NCBI GenBank assembly: GCA_039915165.1
Contig: JBDSNU010000018.1
Location: forward strand, 166,617-230,616
From: Minisyncoccota bacterium
GTDB taxonomy: Bacteria; Patescibacteriota; Minisyncoccia; Phycocordibacterales; UBA9973
Length of the DNA stretch: 64,000 bases
Direction of reading: 5' to 3'
The notes below the pieces were generated by a model. The model was not told the DNA's origin, made no database searches, and worked only from the letters and a program-made list of their open reading frames with translations. Below, piece by piece: positions 50,849-61,301 of this stretch. Numbering within the stretch: position 1 is the first letter of the stretch; every line of letters begins with the position of its first letter. Made by a program: the position numbers and the translations under genes.

Positions 50849-51244
50849 ATGGAAAATCTTTTAAAGGAATACGAGGAGTACTCCTCTTATTGCGAGAGCC
50901 TTATTATCAAGCCCTTCTCGTCGCTCGTGGAAGTGTATGAGCTACTTCACCAGAACGATTTTATGTACAGAGTCTCGTATGATGACAAGTTCCTTATATT
51001 TGTAAGGAAAAAACTTTTAAGGGTTCCCGATAAAGATCATAACTACATTGATTTCAAGGTATTCATTGCGGGGCAGGGAAATGCAAGACTAAAAGTCATT
51101 GCCGAGCAGGTGCTGCTGACCTATTTCGCGGAACATCTTACCTGGTCGGAACTCGAAAGAATAAGCAAGGGAGATGATGTGTACAACGTTATGGCCGCCT
51201 ATCTCATAAACTTGAAATGTAGTAGCGAGCAAACAGTCGCCTAG
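50849..51244 (+). CDS. hypothetical protein (cassette gene)
   Basis: own TTGACA-16-TAGTAT promoter and terminator. Confidence 0.6.
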   Translation: MENLLKEYEEYSSYCESLIIKPFSSLVEVYELLHQNDFMYRVSYDDKFLIFVRKKLLRVPDKDHNYIDFKVFIAGQGNARLKVIAEQVLLTYFAEHLTWSELERISKGDDVYNVMAAYLINLKCSSEQTVA

Positions 51245-51371
51245 ACTAAACTACAGCCAGGCAAAATCATTGCCTGGCTTTTTTGCTGACCACTTGGGAC
51301 GAAGTGGGTACCTTAATACGTTTAATATTGACAATAATCAATAATAAGGTAAAGTAAATAAAAAATTGAAA

Positions 51372-51893
51372 ATGAAAGTAATCAAACTTACACCGCAGAA
51401 CAACGCTTCAGTTGCTGGACTCATGAGAAAAATTTTTAGCAGGTATCAGGAAGACTTGGGAGCTGAAATGGGATACCATTGCGGCCCCCACCTTAGAAAA
51501 AACAATAGGCTGCCGCGCACTAACGACAACACTCGACAACAAGGTTTTTTTCCTGGAATTGCAGAAGCCAAAAAATCCGGTATTCGAATAACATCTGAAG
51601 CTTTAGATTATGAAGGGAAACTGAAATGCTGGCTGCATTTTGGAGACACCGTCATAATCAATGACAGAAAGATTTTCGTAATCTTGAAAAACATTGATAG
51701 TCCTGGTAGGATCTTTTATGCATTTGTTCCCGACTGGGAAGATCAGATGCGTCAACGCGAAATCATGAGAAATTTTGACTTCACAATGCGACCTGAAAAC
51801 AAAACAGAAATAATCGCTTTTCCTCCTAATGGTGACGGGGGCCACATTGTCCACGATCACGGCATGATAGAATGCCTGCCAGACATGATTTAA
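51372..51893 (+). CDS. hypothetical protein (cassette gene)
   Basis: own TTGACA-16-TAAAGT promoter and terminator. Confidence 0.6.
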   Translation: MKVIKLTPQNNASVAGLMRKIFSRYQEDLGAEMGYHCGPHLRKNNRLPRTNDNTRQQGFFPGIAEAKKSGIRITSEALDYEGKLKCWLHFGDTVIINDRKIFVILKNIDSPGRIFYAFVPDWEDQMRQREIMRNFDFTMRPENKTEIIAFPPNGDGGHIVHDHGMIECLPDMI

Positions 51894-52039
51894 TGAATAA
51901 TAAAAATCTTAAGACCGCTTACCAAGTGGTCTTTTTTATTTGCTGTGGTACTCGAGCTAGAACCCTGGTCAGGCAAGCCCTGCAAGGTTGGTTTCAAATG
52001 GGTCTCGCATTCAAAACGACGCAACTCGAGCGCAGTTAT

Positions 52040-52648
52040 TTACGGTCTCGGTACACCAGTCACACTAAAGGCTTTGTCTGTTCCTATCTCAACATTCTTG
52101 ATACCTGGGAACTGCAGAAGAGTCTGTTTGATTATTGGTGTTACGGCATCTATTGAATATGAAACTCCAGCCCATCCATCTACATTAATATTGAGGACTA
52201 CATACGCAGTACTTCCAACAACCTTAAAGCCGATAGTCTTGATAACTGTCTGACTTTGGACTGTTGCTGCAGCCGCATCTGCACTTGCCTGCTCAATACC
52301 ATATGATGAAGTCGTAGTAACAGCTACTTGCTGTGTCTTAAAGTCAGCAGCTGTTAAAGATGTAGTATCAGGCTTAGTGCCAGCTTCACCGTTGTCTACC
52401 ATCTGATTATACGCAGTTTCGTTTTTTGGTATATAAATTGTTGTCTGAACTTGCTGTCCAGAAGTTTGTGACACAGGAGTTTTTACGGGTTGTGACGTTG
52501 TTGTAGTAGGAGTAGTGACAGGAACAGGGATTTGTTCAAACACCGTCTGTGGCTTCTTTATAAAAGCGAAATAAACCACCGTTACTGCTAGTATCACTAC
52601 TAAGATAATAAGAAGTGCGTTCGCAGAGCCTTTTTGGTTATTATTCAT
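52040..52648 (-). CDS. membrane-anchored secreted protein with pilin-like leader
   Basis: NQKG|SANALLIILVVIL, P/T linker, C-terminal TLLQFPGIKNV (GerMN-like). Confidence 0.65.
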   Translation of the reverse strand: MNNNQKGSANALLIILVVILAVTVVYFAFIKKPQTVFEQIPVPVTTPTTTTSQPVKTPVSQTSGQQVQTTIYIPKNETAYNQMVDNGEAGTKPDTTSLTAADFKTQQVAVTTTSSYGIEQASADAAAATVQSQTVIKTIGFKVVGSTAYVVLNINVDGWAGVSYSIDAVTPIIKQTLLQFPGIKNVEIGTDKAFSVTGVPRP

Positions 52649-52911
52649 ATGTTGAAATTGTATCACAGTGCGAGTAAAAACCACTGTAATGAAGCGTCTC
52701 GAGCACGCTCGAATTGGCTGACACTAACGAAATAAGTAAAAACAACGTCTCAAGCCACCCCTCGCCTCACTCCGAGCAATACGTCTTTGAAACAATGGAG
52801 TTTTGGGAGGAAATTGCGGATGAATTGGAGGAGCTACAGTTTAAAATATCGGGGCGATAAAAAAGCGCTCCTAGGAGATGCTTTTTGTCTTTATCTGGTA
52901 GGATAGTTCCC

Positions 52912-53292
52912 ATGCCCAACAAACCATATCCCAACAGATTAAAATTTTTTAGAATAAAACTAAAACTCACCCAACAACGAGTCGCGGACTATCTGGATCA
53001 TGCCAGTGCCAATCGCCTCTCAACATGGGAGAACGGAACCGCAACCCCTTCCATTCAGAACCTCATCAAACTGGCAAAGCTGTACAATACCTCTATCGAC
53101 AAGCTAGTGGCGCCATTGAAGCAAAAGATGAGAAAGGTCAAACAACGAGGTTCCGTATCGAATCCGATGCGGCAATCTGGTCCCAGGGAACCGGACACAG
53201 ACATTTTATTAAATGAGCTATCAGAACTCATTATAGAAGCTTATTTCGTGCAAAAAGAAGAAAATAAAAAACGCCCTAAGTCTTACACTTAA
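52912..53292 (+). CDS. XRE-family HTH regulator
   Basis: NRLKFFRIKLKLTQQRVADYL...LSTWENGTATPSIQNLIKLAKLY. Confidence 0.85.
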   Translation: MPNKPYPNRLKFFRIKLKLTQQRVADYLDHASANRLSTWENGTATPSIQNLIKLAKLYNTSIDKLVAPLKQKMRKVKQRGSVSNPMRQSGPREPDTDILLNELSELIIEAYFVQKEENKKRPKSYT

Positions 53293-53305
53293 GGCGCATA
53301 GTAGA

Positions 53306-54237
53306 TTAATTTATCCGGATGTAATAATACACGGAAATGTTTTTAGGGCGGGTTTCTTTTCCATTATTTTCCTTAATGGTAATAGTTGGATTTATAGGTG
53401 CAGTCTGGTCACCACTATCGCCGCTTCCTGCACCTTTAGTTCTAATTACTACCGAGGTGTTTATAGTTGCTAAGTGTGTATGTGCTCCAACCATGTCTTT
53501 TTGAACCGAAAATTTTGTTGACGGCTCATCAGGATTTTGACTGCTTTCGGTAACACCGCTCGTCTTCTCATCCATAGCAAATTTGTTTAGGCCTCTTAGG
53601 AATAGTCCTCTTAAATCAGGAAGCTTGGAACCAAGATTACCAGACCAGTAAATTTGATACTTAGAGCCAACTACATTTCTTCCATCACACGGTGCCCACT
53701 TACTTTTAATAGGTGAAAAAATTCTTAATGTTCCAAAATTTTTCGTTTTTGCACTGAATGTTTCAAAGTCTACAACCGAAGCGATAACAGTACCTATTGG
53801 AGTAGTGCTAAAACCTTCTTGATCGTCAAATTCTGAGTTTGCAGATGCCGACAAGAGGTCGCTACTGTTTATGGTTACTTGTACTTCAGCTCCGGGTTTT
53901 CTGATTGCACTGAATCGCATTTCATCTGGGAGGATCGCGCCAACTTTCAACCGTCCGTTAAGAAGGGCTTCAGTCTGTTTATCATCAATACCAATTAAAT
54001 CAACTGAAGTGATATGAGGGTTTTGACTATTCCCAAGATGCTTGTATTTAATGGTAACGGTAGTCGTTCCTCTTTGATTGTTTTAGCCATAGATACAGTC
54101 ATATTCGGATGATATCCGAAAACCGCCATAAGTGTGTGCACATTACCCTCATAATCAATGACTAATATTTTTAAGTAGATTTTTAAAAATGTAAGACTTC
54201 CTAGAAGTGGGAAGTTCTTGATGCGAATTTTATACAT
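53306..54237 (-). pseudogene. phage tail-collar-domain protein, apparently frameshifted
   Basis: PIGTVIAS...W.PCDG...LPDLRGLFLRG...ETRPKNISVYYYIR; frame stays open up to 54082 and the N-terminus lies in another frame. Confidence 0.6.
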
Positions 54238-54292
54238 ATAGCATAAGGTTATCCACCTCAAGAGTGGATGAAAACACGCATTTACTTTACTG

Positions 54293-54363
54293 CTGTGGAA
54301 CCTGGACTCGAACCAAGATAAACGGTACCAGAAACCGTTGTCCTACCATTAGACGATTCCACA
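54293..54363 (-). tRNA. tRNA-Gln(CTG)
   Basis: TGTGGAA/TTCCACA acceptor, ACGGT-TTCTGGT-ACCGT anticodon arm, GTTCGAGTC T-loop. Confidence 0.95.
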
Positions 54364-54472
54364 ATATGACCTATTAAGGCTCAAGTAGAATAGCGTTTTT
54401 TGAGCAAAAAATCAACCGAGGGTGGCGATTTAAAATAGACAGGTTTTGAGAGAAAACTGATATAATCACTTT

Positions 54473-55240
54473 ATGTATAAACAACTCAACGCCAATCATT
54501 TTCGCACTCGTTTCGGATTTCCAGAAAATTATGAAGTCGAAGCAGTAATAATATATGGGGCATTGGGAGGGCAAGTGTATGCCGATAAATTTATCCTTTC
54601 GCTAGATGCCCTTGGTATCAAGGGTGAGTTGGTAAGAACAGGACTGTTGGGAAATGTTTTTGAGTTCAAATACAATGACAAGAACTACTGGTTTATTGTC
54701 GCATACGGAACAACAGTCTTATCTGAAAACCTTCATGTCGCCTCAATGCTTGGCTCGAAAAAGAACATTCATATCGGAAGTTGTGGTGGTTTGAACAAAG
54801 AGGCAAATGCTGGCGACCTTATCATTGCTACGTTTAGTTATGGCAACGAAAGTACTACAAGAATGTACGAGAGAGAAAATCCGGATCACAGACATTTTCC
54901 AAATGATGCATTAGGTGAAAGCTTAAAAAATAGAGCAGGCAGCTCTTTTGTAATACGCAAAGGCCCAATCATGACTGTTCAAGCAATGCTCGCAGAGACT
55001 GCTGAAGACGTTCAAGATTGGGCAGATGAAGGATACTACGGCGTCGAGATGGAAACTGCAACCATTTTTGCGATATCAAATCATTTCAATATTCCTTCAG
55101 CAGGATTAGTATACGTTCATGACAACCTGATCAAGGGTCAAATAGTTGGAGATGAACAACATGTTAAAGAAAAAGATTTAAGAGAAAAAGTAAAAGACGA
55201 AATGTTTCGGATTACTATTTCAGAATTGCTGAGTCTATAA
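54473..55240 (+). CDS. nucleoside phosphorylase (PNP/UDP family)
   Basis: IGSCGGL...GDLII, GVEMETA, HDN. Confidence 0.8.
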   Translation: MYKQLNANHFRTRFGFPENYEVEAVIIYGALGGQVYADKFILSLDALGIKGELVRTGLLGNVFEFKYNDKNYWFIVAYGTTVLSENLHVASMLGSKKNIHIGSCGGLNKEANAGDLIIATFSYGNESTTRMYERENPDHRHFPNDALGESLKNRAGSSFVIRKGPIMTVQAMLAETAEDVQDWADEGYYGVEMETATIFAISNHFNIPSAGLVYVHDNLIKGQIVGDEQHVKEKDLREKVKDEMFRITISELLSL

Positions 55241-55335
55241 ATCAGCACCTCCAGTTCTAATATGATCCAGCAGCCCAGCAAAATTTAGCTTTTTACATGC
55301 GAAGCGATCAAAATTAGAACTGGTATAATAAAATC

Positions 55336-56127
55336 ATGAATGACCTACTAAAGAATACTTTTAATGAACAGGCTGAGTTATATAATGAAGTTCGTCCACG
55401 ATACCCCGAAGAGCTATTTGATACCTTAGTAAAAACAACCGCGCTTTCAAAAGATGCACAGTTGCTTGAGATCGGTGCAGGGACAGGTCAGGCCACTAAA
55501 CCATTGGCACAAAAAGGTTACAACATTACTGCTGTGGAGCTTGGTGATGAAATGGCAACGATTGCGAGAAGGGAATTGGCAGAATTTAATAGTGTAAAAG
55601 TTATTACTAGTTCTTTTGAGGAGGTCGCGTTGCCAGAAAATTCTTTTGATTTAATTTTTTGTGCCACAGCCTTTCATTGGATTAATCCAGAAGTGAAATT
55701 TACCAAGACTCACGCCTTGCTTAAGGATGAAGGATATCTAGCGATTATCTACACTCTCTATGTTTCAGATGAGAGCCATGATGTATTTTTCAAAGAAGCT
55801 CACAATATTTTTGAAAAGCATGACAAAAATAAAACGGTTGTTAATGGAAAGTCGCCGATACTACCCTCAGATGAGGTGAAGGAAATACCTCTCGACACTG
55901 AGCTCTTTGAACCAGTTCTTTTTAAGACATTTCCTGAAGTATTGCAGTACACCATAGACGATTACATTAAACTCATTTGCACCTTTTCTTTTATCATTGC
56001 AATGGATCCAATTGACAAAGAGAATTTTTTAAAGGAAACACGAGACTTGGCCAATAAAGAATATGATGGGATGGTAACAATCAATCTTGTCATGTCTTTA
56101 ACTTTGGGTAGGAAGATTGCAAAATAA
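55336..56127 (+). CDS. class I SAM-dependent methyltransferase
   Basis: Y...RP.YP, LEIGAGTGQAT, ATAFHW. Confidence 0.9.
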   Translation: MNDLLKNTFNEQAELYNEVRPRYPEELFDTLVKTTALSKDAQLLEIGAGTGQATKPLAQKGYNITAVELGDEMATIARRELAEFNSVKVITSSFEEVALPENSFDLIFCATAFHWINPEVKFTKTHALLKDEGYLAIIYTLYVSDESHDVFFKEAHNIFEKHDKNKTVVNGKSPILPSDEVKEIPLDTELFEPVLFKTFPEVLQYTIDDYIKLICTFSFIIAMDPIDKENFLKETRDLANKEYDGMVTINLVMSLTLGRKIAK

Positions 56128-56163
56128 AAAAGAGTGCCAGCTTTCGCTAGACACTCCTCATGG

Positions 56164-56769
56164 TTATGCTTTTTGATAAAGTGCATATAACTTTTTTGCA
56201 ATTTCCGCAGTGTTTTCCCACGGAGCCTTTTCATCGGCATAGATTAATTCCTCTTCTGTTTCTGCAGCATCGATCTCTCTTAAGGAAAGAACGATCCACT
56301 TCTCCTGAATCAGTGTCTGTACAGAAGGGAATTCTTCGGCGGTATCATATAGGTTTTCCATATTTTCCACGTCATTTTCTAATTCCACCCAGCGCATCAA
56401 TGCCACATATTGTTCCTCAGAACTGTCAGCGTTATTGAATGCATCCTCAGCCTCATCAGTGTCTTCAGCGGTACATTTTTCCAGGATTGGAATACCTAAC
56501 ATCAGTTTAACTTCTGCTGTATTGGTATTTAATGTATCCGCTACCTGTTCAATGGGGTCTGTTATTTCAGCTTCCATGTCACGTTTTGCAATTACTATTG
56601 GTCCCTTCGATGTATCGGGAGATTTGTAAGTAAGAGGGAAGGCCGACTCTGCTTTTTGGGCAGAATTTCTTTTTACAATGACTACGATAATGATTATTAC
56701 AATGACAATAATTACTGCGATTGCAATCCAAACGGTAGGAGATATTCCTAAATTTTTAACAAAGTTCAT
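56164..56769 (-). CDS. hypothetical membrane-anchored acidic protein
   Basis: N-terminal TM, acidic helical region. Confidence 0.6.
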   Translation of the reverse strand: MNFVKNLGISPTVWIAIAVIIVIVIIIIVVIVKRNSAQKAESAFPLTYKSPDTSKGPIVIAKRDMEAEITDPIEQVADTLNTNTAEVKLMLGIPILEKCTAEDTDEAEDAFNNADSSEEQYVALMRWVELENDVENMENLYDTAEEFPSVQTLIQEKWIVLSLREIDAAETEEELIYADEKAPWENTAEIAKKLYALYQKA

Positions 56770-56872
56770 ATTTATGGGTTTTAAGTTTGTTTACATTATA
56801 CACTTTTATTAAGAAAAGTCAATAGATATAGAATATACTTGACCCTTCCTCAAAAATAACTACTATTTATAT

Positions 56873-58114
56873 ATGCATAAAAAATCTTCAACCATCTGGA
56901 TCGTATTCTTCACTATTCTTGTAGACATGTTGGGTGTCGGAATTTTGATCCCAGTTATTCCACTACTGCTCACAGATCCTGCCTATGCATACCACTTACC
57001 AATTGCTGTACGCAGTGGGTATATCGTTCTCGGTTTCCTGACAGCGATTTTCCCATTGATGCAGTTCATCGCTACGCCTATTCTCGGACAGCTTTCTGAT
57101 CATGTCGGTCGCAAGAAAGTATTGGCATTTTCATTGGGAGGCACCGCGCTTTCGTATGTGGTATTTGCTATCGGTATTATTTTTAAAAACATTCCATTGC
57201 TCTTTGCATCTCGCGCACTTGATGGTATCACCGGAGGGAACATTGCTGTAGCGCAAGCTGCTATCGCCGATGAGTCAGAACCACAAGATCGTGCCAGAAA
57301 CTTTGGATTGATCGGCGCTGCCTTCGGTATCGGCTTTATCATTGGACCATTTCTTGGTGGCGAACTTTCAAATCCACACCTGGTGTCATGGTTCAATGCG
57401 ACGACACCGTTTTGGTTTGCAGCCGGGCTTAGTTTCTTGAATATGCTTTCTGTTATTTTCTTCTTCAACGAAACACTGAAAGAAAAGACCAAGGCAAAAA
57501 TTCGCGCATTGCAGTCATTGATAAATATTCAGGCGGCACTGGTATCAGAAAAGTTCCGACGATTTTTCATTACTTCGTTTCTTTACACTGCCGGATTTAC
57601 CTTCTTCACAACATTCTTTGGAGTATTCCTGATTCAACGTTTTGGGTATGATCAAGGAGATATCGGGCTGTACTTCGCTTTTGTTGGTATTTGTATTGCA
57701 TTGACTCAAGGAATACTGACAGGATTTATCGGCAAGCATTTTTCTTCATTAAAAATTATTCCTGTTGCATTATTTATTTTCTCATTAACATTGTTGGCAC
57801 TTGGTCTCAATACTATTCCATGGTTGATGTATGTGATCACTATCCCGCAATGTATTAGTATTGGATTGGTGATGGCTAACCTTACAGCGGTAGTAAGCAA
57901 TCAGTCTGCTGACAATGAACAAGGGAAGATATTAGGAATAACTGCTAGTGTACAAGCGTTGGGACAAGCAATCCCTCCAATCATTTCAGGATATTTAGCA
58001 GCAACTCTCAGTGCTCGTGCCCCTGTACTAACTGCTGCTGCATTGGTATTGATATCAGCATTCATGTTTTTGTTCCTAGTGGTTCCTGCATTTAATAAAA
58101 AGGAGGCGAAGTAA
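56873..58114 (+). CDS. MFS transporter, TetA/DHA1-like
   Basis: GQLSDHVGRK motif A, GAAFGIGFIIGP motif C, ~12 TM. Confidence 0.9.
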   Translation: MHKKSSTIWIVFFTILVDMLGVGILIPVIPLLLTDPAYAYHLPIAVRSGYIVLGFLTAIFPLMQFIATPILGQLSDHVGRKKVLAFSLGGTALSYVVFAIGIIFKNIPLLFASRALDGITGGNIAVAQAAIADESEPQDRARNFGLIGAAFGIGFIIGPFLGGELSNPHLVSWFNATTPFWFAAGLSFLNMLSVIFFFNETLKEKTKAKIRALQSLINIQAALVSEKFRRFFITSFLYTAGFTFFTTFFGVFLIQRFGYDQGDIGLYFAFVGICIALTQGILTGFIGKHFSSLKIIPVALFIFSLTLLALGLNTIPWLMYVITIPQCISIGLVMANLTAVVSNQSADNEQGKILGITASVQALGQAIPPIISGYLAATLSARAPVLTAAALVLISAFMFLFLVVPAFNKKEAK

Positions 58115-58156
58115 ATTGTGTTATTTTATCTCATTTATATATGGTAAAATACCCCT

Positions 58157-58909
58157 ATGAAATTGATCACACTAAATACATGGGCGGGGAGACAAAAGGA
58201 AGAATTTGATGCTTTTGTTAAGGCTCATATGGCAGAAACAGATATTTTTTGTTTCCAGGAAATTTTTAATAACTATGATGGGATGACTGGCGACTATATC
58301 AACCACGATGAAGGTAACCGCAACCTGCTCCAAGAGGTAACAGATATACTTGTTGATTTCGATCAGTACTTTTGTCCAATCGCAGAAAATGTTTATGGTA
58401 TTGCCATCTTTTTGAAAAAAGGGATTAACCTGATTGCTAGTGGAGAAGTCATGCTGTATGAAAATCCTGACTACGATAAGCATGATGATAACAATGACCA
58501 CGACCGTAAGATGCAGTGGATGCATATTCAGTCCGGTCGCAAAGATGTCATTATCATGAACGTACATGGGCACTGGGATATGCGCGGCAGAGATGATACG
58601 CCCAATCGTTTGGAGCAATCACGTCGCATCAATGAATTTATTGATTCAGTTGGGATGACACCGAAGATCATGGTGGGGGATTTCAATCTTAATGCACAAA
58701 CAGAAAGTATTAAGTTGTTAGAAAAAAACTTTACAAACTTGATCACCAAGCATGGCATCACTTCTACTCGTACTGTGCTCTATACTGGAGATGATCAGCA
58801 CTCTGACTATGTATTCGTTTCGCCTGAAGTACTTGTTGAAGAGTTCAAAGTGATGCCAGATGTTGTTTCTGATCACGCGCCACTTTCCTTACAATTCGAC
58901 GTTTTCTAA
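58157..58909 (+). CDS. endonuclease/exonuclease/phosphatase family protein
   Basis: TLN, FQE, GDFN, SDH motifs. Confidence 0.9.
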   Translation: MKLITLNTWAGRQKEEFDAFVKAHMAETDIFCFQEIFNNYDGMTGDYINHDEGNRNLLQEVTDILVDFDQYFCPIAENVYGIAIFLKKGINLIASGEVMLYENPDYDKHDDNNDHDRKMQWMHIQSGRKDVIIMNVHGHWDMRGRDDTPNRLEQSRRINEFIDSVGMTPKIMVGDFNLNAQTESIKLLEKNFTNLITKHGITSTRTVLYTGDDQHSDYVFVSPEVLVEEFKVMPDVVSDHAPLSLQFDVF

Positions 58910-58916
58910 ATTTTTT

Positions 58917-59168
58917 ATGTACTACGCCTATATTCTTAAGTGTAATGACGATACATTATATGTCGGTAGCACCAATGATTTGGAGCGCAGAGTGCACCAA
59001 CACAATACTGCCAAAAATGGAGCGCACTATACGAAAATTCGTCGTCCAGTTGTACTGATGTATAACGAAACGTTTGAAACATATGCTGAAGTACGTAAGC
59101 GTGAGGGAGAGTTGAAGAGATTGAAACGACAAGACAAGATCGCATTAGTAAATAAAGGTATACTATAG
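58917..59168 (+). CDS. small GIY-YIG nuclease (UPF0213-like)
   Basis: YAYILKCNDDTLYVGSTNDLERRVHQHN...GAHYTK.RRPV. Confidence 0.9.
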   Translation: MYYAYILKCNDDTLYVGSTNDLERRVHQHNTAKNGAHYTKIRRPVVLMYNETFETYAEVRKREGELKRLKRQDKIALVNKGIL

Positions 59169-59170
59169 CT

Positions 59171-59881
59171 ATGCATATTTCACCGGCACTTGTTGTCATT
59201 GTCGTTATTGTCGGATATCTTATCTATTTATTTTTTCCAATTTACCACTCTGTACAAATTTCTAAAAAATTAATTGCAGCAGCAATCCCGTATGAGCAAC
59301 ACCCAACTCATCCCAATAAAACTATTTTGATTGCAGGGGATAGTACTGCTGTTGGTGTTGGTGCGATTGATAACACTGACAGTACAGCGGGAAGATTGGG
59401 TAAGCAATTTCCCAACGCTGATATTATAAATATTGCAGTCAGTGGTGCTCGCTTACAAGATGCGATAGTGCAATTACAATCACAACAAGGTAAGCGCTAC
59501 GACCTGATCTTGTTGCAGGTTGGTGCCAACGATGTAACTCATCTTATTTCTCGCACAACAGCTACGAATGAAATACAAAAAACGTTTGAGTTAGCAACAG
59601 CAATAAGTGCAAAAACTATCGTCCTAACTGCAGGTGATATGGGGATTTCTAATTTATTTCACTGGCCAATCACGATTGCATTGCATAATGGTTCTCTGAT
59701 GTTGAGAGAGGTGTTTATGACAACGGTCACGCAGTTTCCAACAGTTTCATATATTGATTTATTTAAAAGTAAGAAAGATGATCCATTTCAGCATAAGCCA
59801 GAGTTTTATGCGCCCGACAATTTCCACCTTACTGGAGCGGGGTACGGTATCTGGTATGGTGAAATACAAAAGCATCTTTAG
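59171..59881 (+). CDS. SGNH/GDSL hydrolase
   Basis: GDSTAVG, SGA, GAND, DNFH. Confidence 0.9.
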   Translation: MHISPALVVIVVIVGYLIYLFFPIYHSVQISKKLIAAAIPYEQHPTHPNKTILIAGDSTAVGVGAIDNTDSTAGRLGKQFPNADIINIAVSGARLQDAIVQLQSQQGKRYDLILLQVGANDVTHLISRTTATNEIQKTFELATAISAKTIVLTAGDMGISNLFHWPITIALHNGSLMLREVFMTTVTQFPTVSYIDLFKSKKDDPFQHKPEFYAPDNFHLTGAGYGIWYGEIQKHL

Positions 59882-59896
59882 TTGTATACTATACAT

Positions 59897-60511
59897 ATGA
59901 ATACATTAGATGTTTTAGTATTGAACGGATCATTGAAGCACGGAGAAACAATTTCAAGTACAGAAGAAGTAACCGCTATGGTTTTGGAGCACATGAAATC
60001 ATTTGCACCTATTGAAGCAACTACCATACGATTGGCTGACAAAAATATTCCTGTCGGATTAGAATACAACATTGGCGAAGACGATGAGTGGCCAAGCATT
60101 GTGGCTCAGATTCAAAAAGCCGATGTGATAATTTTTGCAACACCGATTTGGTGGGGTAGTAGATCTAGTTTGATACAGCGTGCCATTGAAAGAATGGATG
60201 CATTTGATGAAGGAACCGTTCCGGGCGGTCGTGGTAGTCTGCTGAACAAAGTGGCTGGCATTGTTATTACAGGAAGTGAAGATGGGGCACAAGCTGTTAT
60301 GGCCGGTATGATGGAAGTACTTTCGTTTATGAATTTCACCTTGCCGCCACAATGTTGTACCTATTGGGTTGGAGAAGTGGGGATGGATCCAAAGACTGAT
60401 GCAGAGCGTCGCCGCGCCAATCCTGCAGTAGAACATATGGCACAAAACACAGCAAAAAACCTCGTGTACTACGCTACGCTATTAAAAAATAATCCGCAGA
60501 AAGCAGAGTAA
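59897..60511 (+). CDS. flavodoxin-like NADPH-dependent FMN reductase
   Basis: LNGSLK, ADVIIFATPIWWG, ERMD. Confidence 0.85.
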   Translation: MNTLDVLVLNGSLKHGETISSTEEVTAMVLEHMKSFAPIEATTIRLADKNIPVGLEYNIGEDDEWPSIVAQIQKADVIIFATPIWWGSRSSLIQRAIERMDAFDEGTVPGGRGSLLNKVAGIVITGSEDGAQAVMAGMMEVLSFMNFTLPPQCCTYWVGEVGMDPKTDAERRRANPAVEHMAQNTAKNLVYYATLLKNNPQKAE

Positions 60512-60543
60512 GAATCCATACTCTGAAGCGTCTCTATATAAGT

Positions 60544-61260
60544 ATGAATGAGAATAGTATAAAAAGAACATTGTCCTCTGTACTTATTACCGCATTTGCC
60601 TTTGGGTTTTTTGCGTTACCCGCACAGGCTGCGGTTATCAGTGCCACTCAATATGCAACAACAACTCAGTGTACCAATCTAACTGTTGGATTATCATATG
60701 GAAAGTCCGATGCTGTTAGTTATGGGCAAGTTTCAGCACTGCAAAATTTTCTCCATCTAAATAACTATCTTTCTGTTAATCCAACAGGATATTTCGGACC
60801 ACTTACTCGTGTAGCAGTGAAAGCATTCCAAAGTGAAAATGGATTGCGAGCTGACGGTATTGTTGGTGTACAAACTCGTGCACAAATTTATGCAAAAGGG
60901 TGTGGTGACTATACTCCTCCTGGTACTCTTTCTCAGATCAATGGTATATATCCTGCTATTGCTACTGTCGGTTCATCTGTAACCCTCAACGGCTCTGGTT
61001 TTACCAATAACTCAATTGTTCACTTTTCAATTGGAGCAGTGAATCAAACTATTGTGGGTAACAATGGCACCACACTATCATTTACTATTCCTGATGGCAT
61101 TGGTCCATACTGTAAGCCGACACAAGTGTGTGCACTGTATCTTCAATTAGTAACAAATGGTACCTATCCAGTGTATGTAGAAAACAGTAATGGTACTGTA
61201 AGTAACACTGTGCAGTTGACTGTTACTGGCAATCCTTCTCCTGTACTCAACGCACAATAA
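60544..61260 (+). CDS. secreted peptidoglycan-binding + IPT/TIG domain protein
   Basis: VSALQNFL...GYFGPLTRVAVKAFQ...DGIVG..TR; VTLNGSGF. Confidence 0.85.
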   Translation: MNENSIKRTLSSVLITAFAFGFFALPAQAAVISATQYATTTQCTNLTVGLSYGKSDAVSYGQVSALQNFLHLNNYLSVNPTGYFGPLTRVAVKAFQSENGLRADGIVGVQTRAQIYAKGCGDYTPPGTLSQINGIYPAIATVGSSVTLNGSGFTNNSIVHFSIGAVNQTIVGNNGTTLSFTIPDGIGPYCKPTQVCALYLQLVTNGTYPVYVENSNGTVSNTVQLTVTGNPSPVLNAQ

Positions 61261-61301
61261 TTGCCTTGTTATATCAATTTCCGGGTATATACTGAATAGA
61301 T

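Larger units (their letters stand above)
50735..54295. mobile_element. cassette array / island at tRNA-Gln 3' end, no integrase
   Basis: TGCTG core (antisense of the tRNA end) recurs after hairpins at 50736, 51284 and 51941; accessory genes lie between. Confidence 0.65.

Noticed and set aside
51872-52253. Two + strand ORFs spanning the 51941 site
   Set aside because: They overlap a terminator and the convergent gene, and the sequences are not protein-like.
56873-58114. tetA resistance gene
   Set aside because: The motifs define the DHA1 family only, there is no tetR, and the substrate cannot be inferred.
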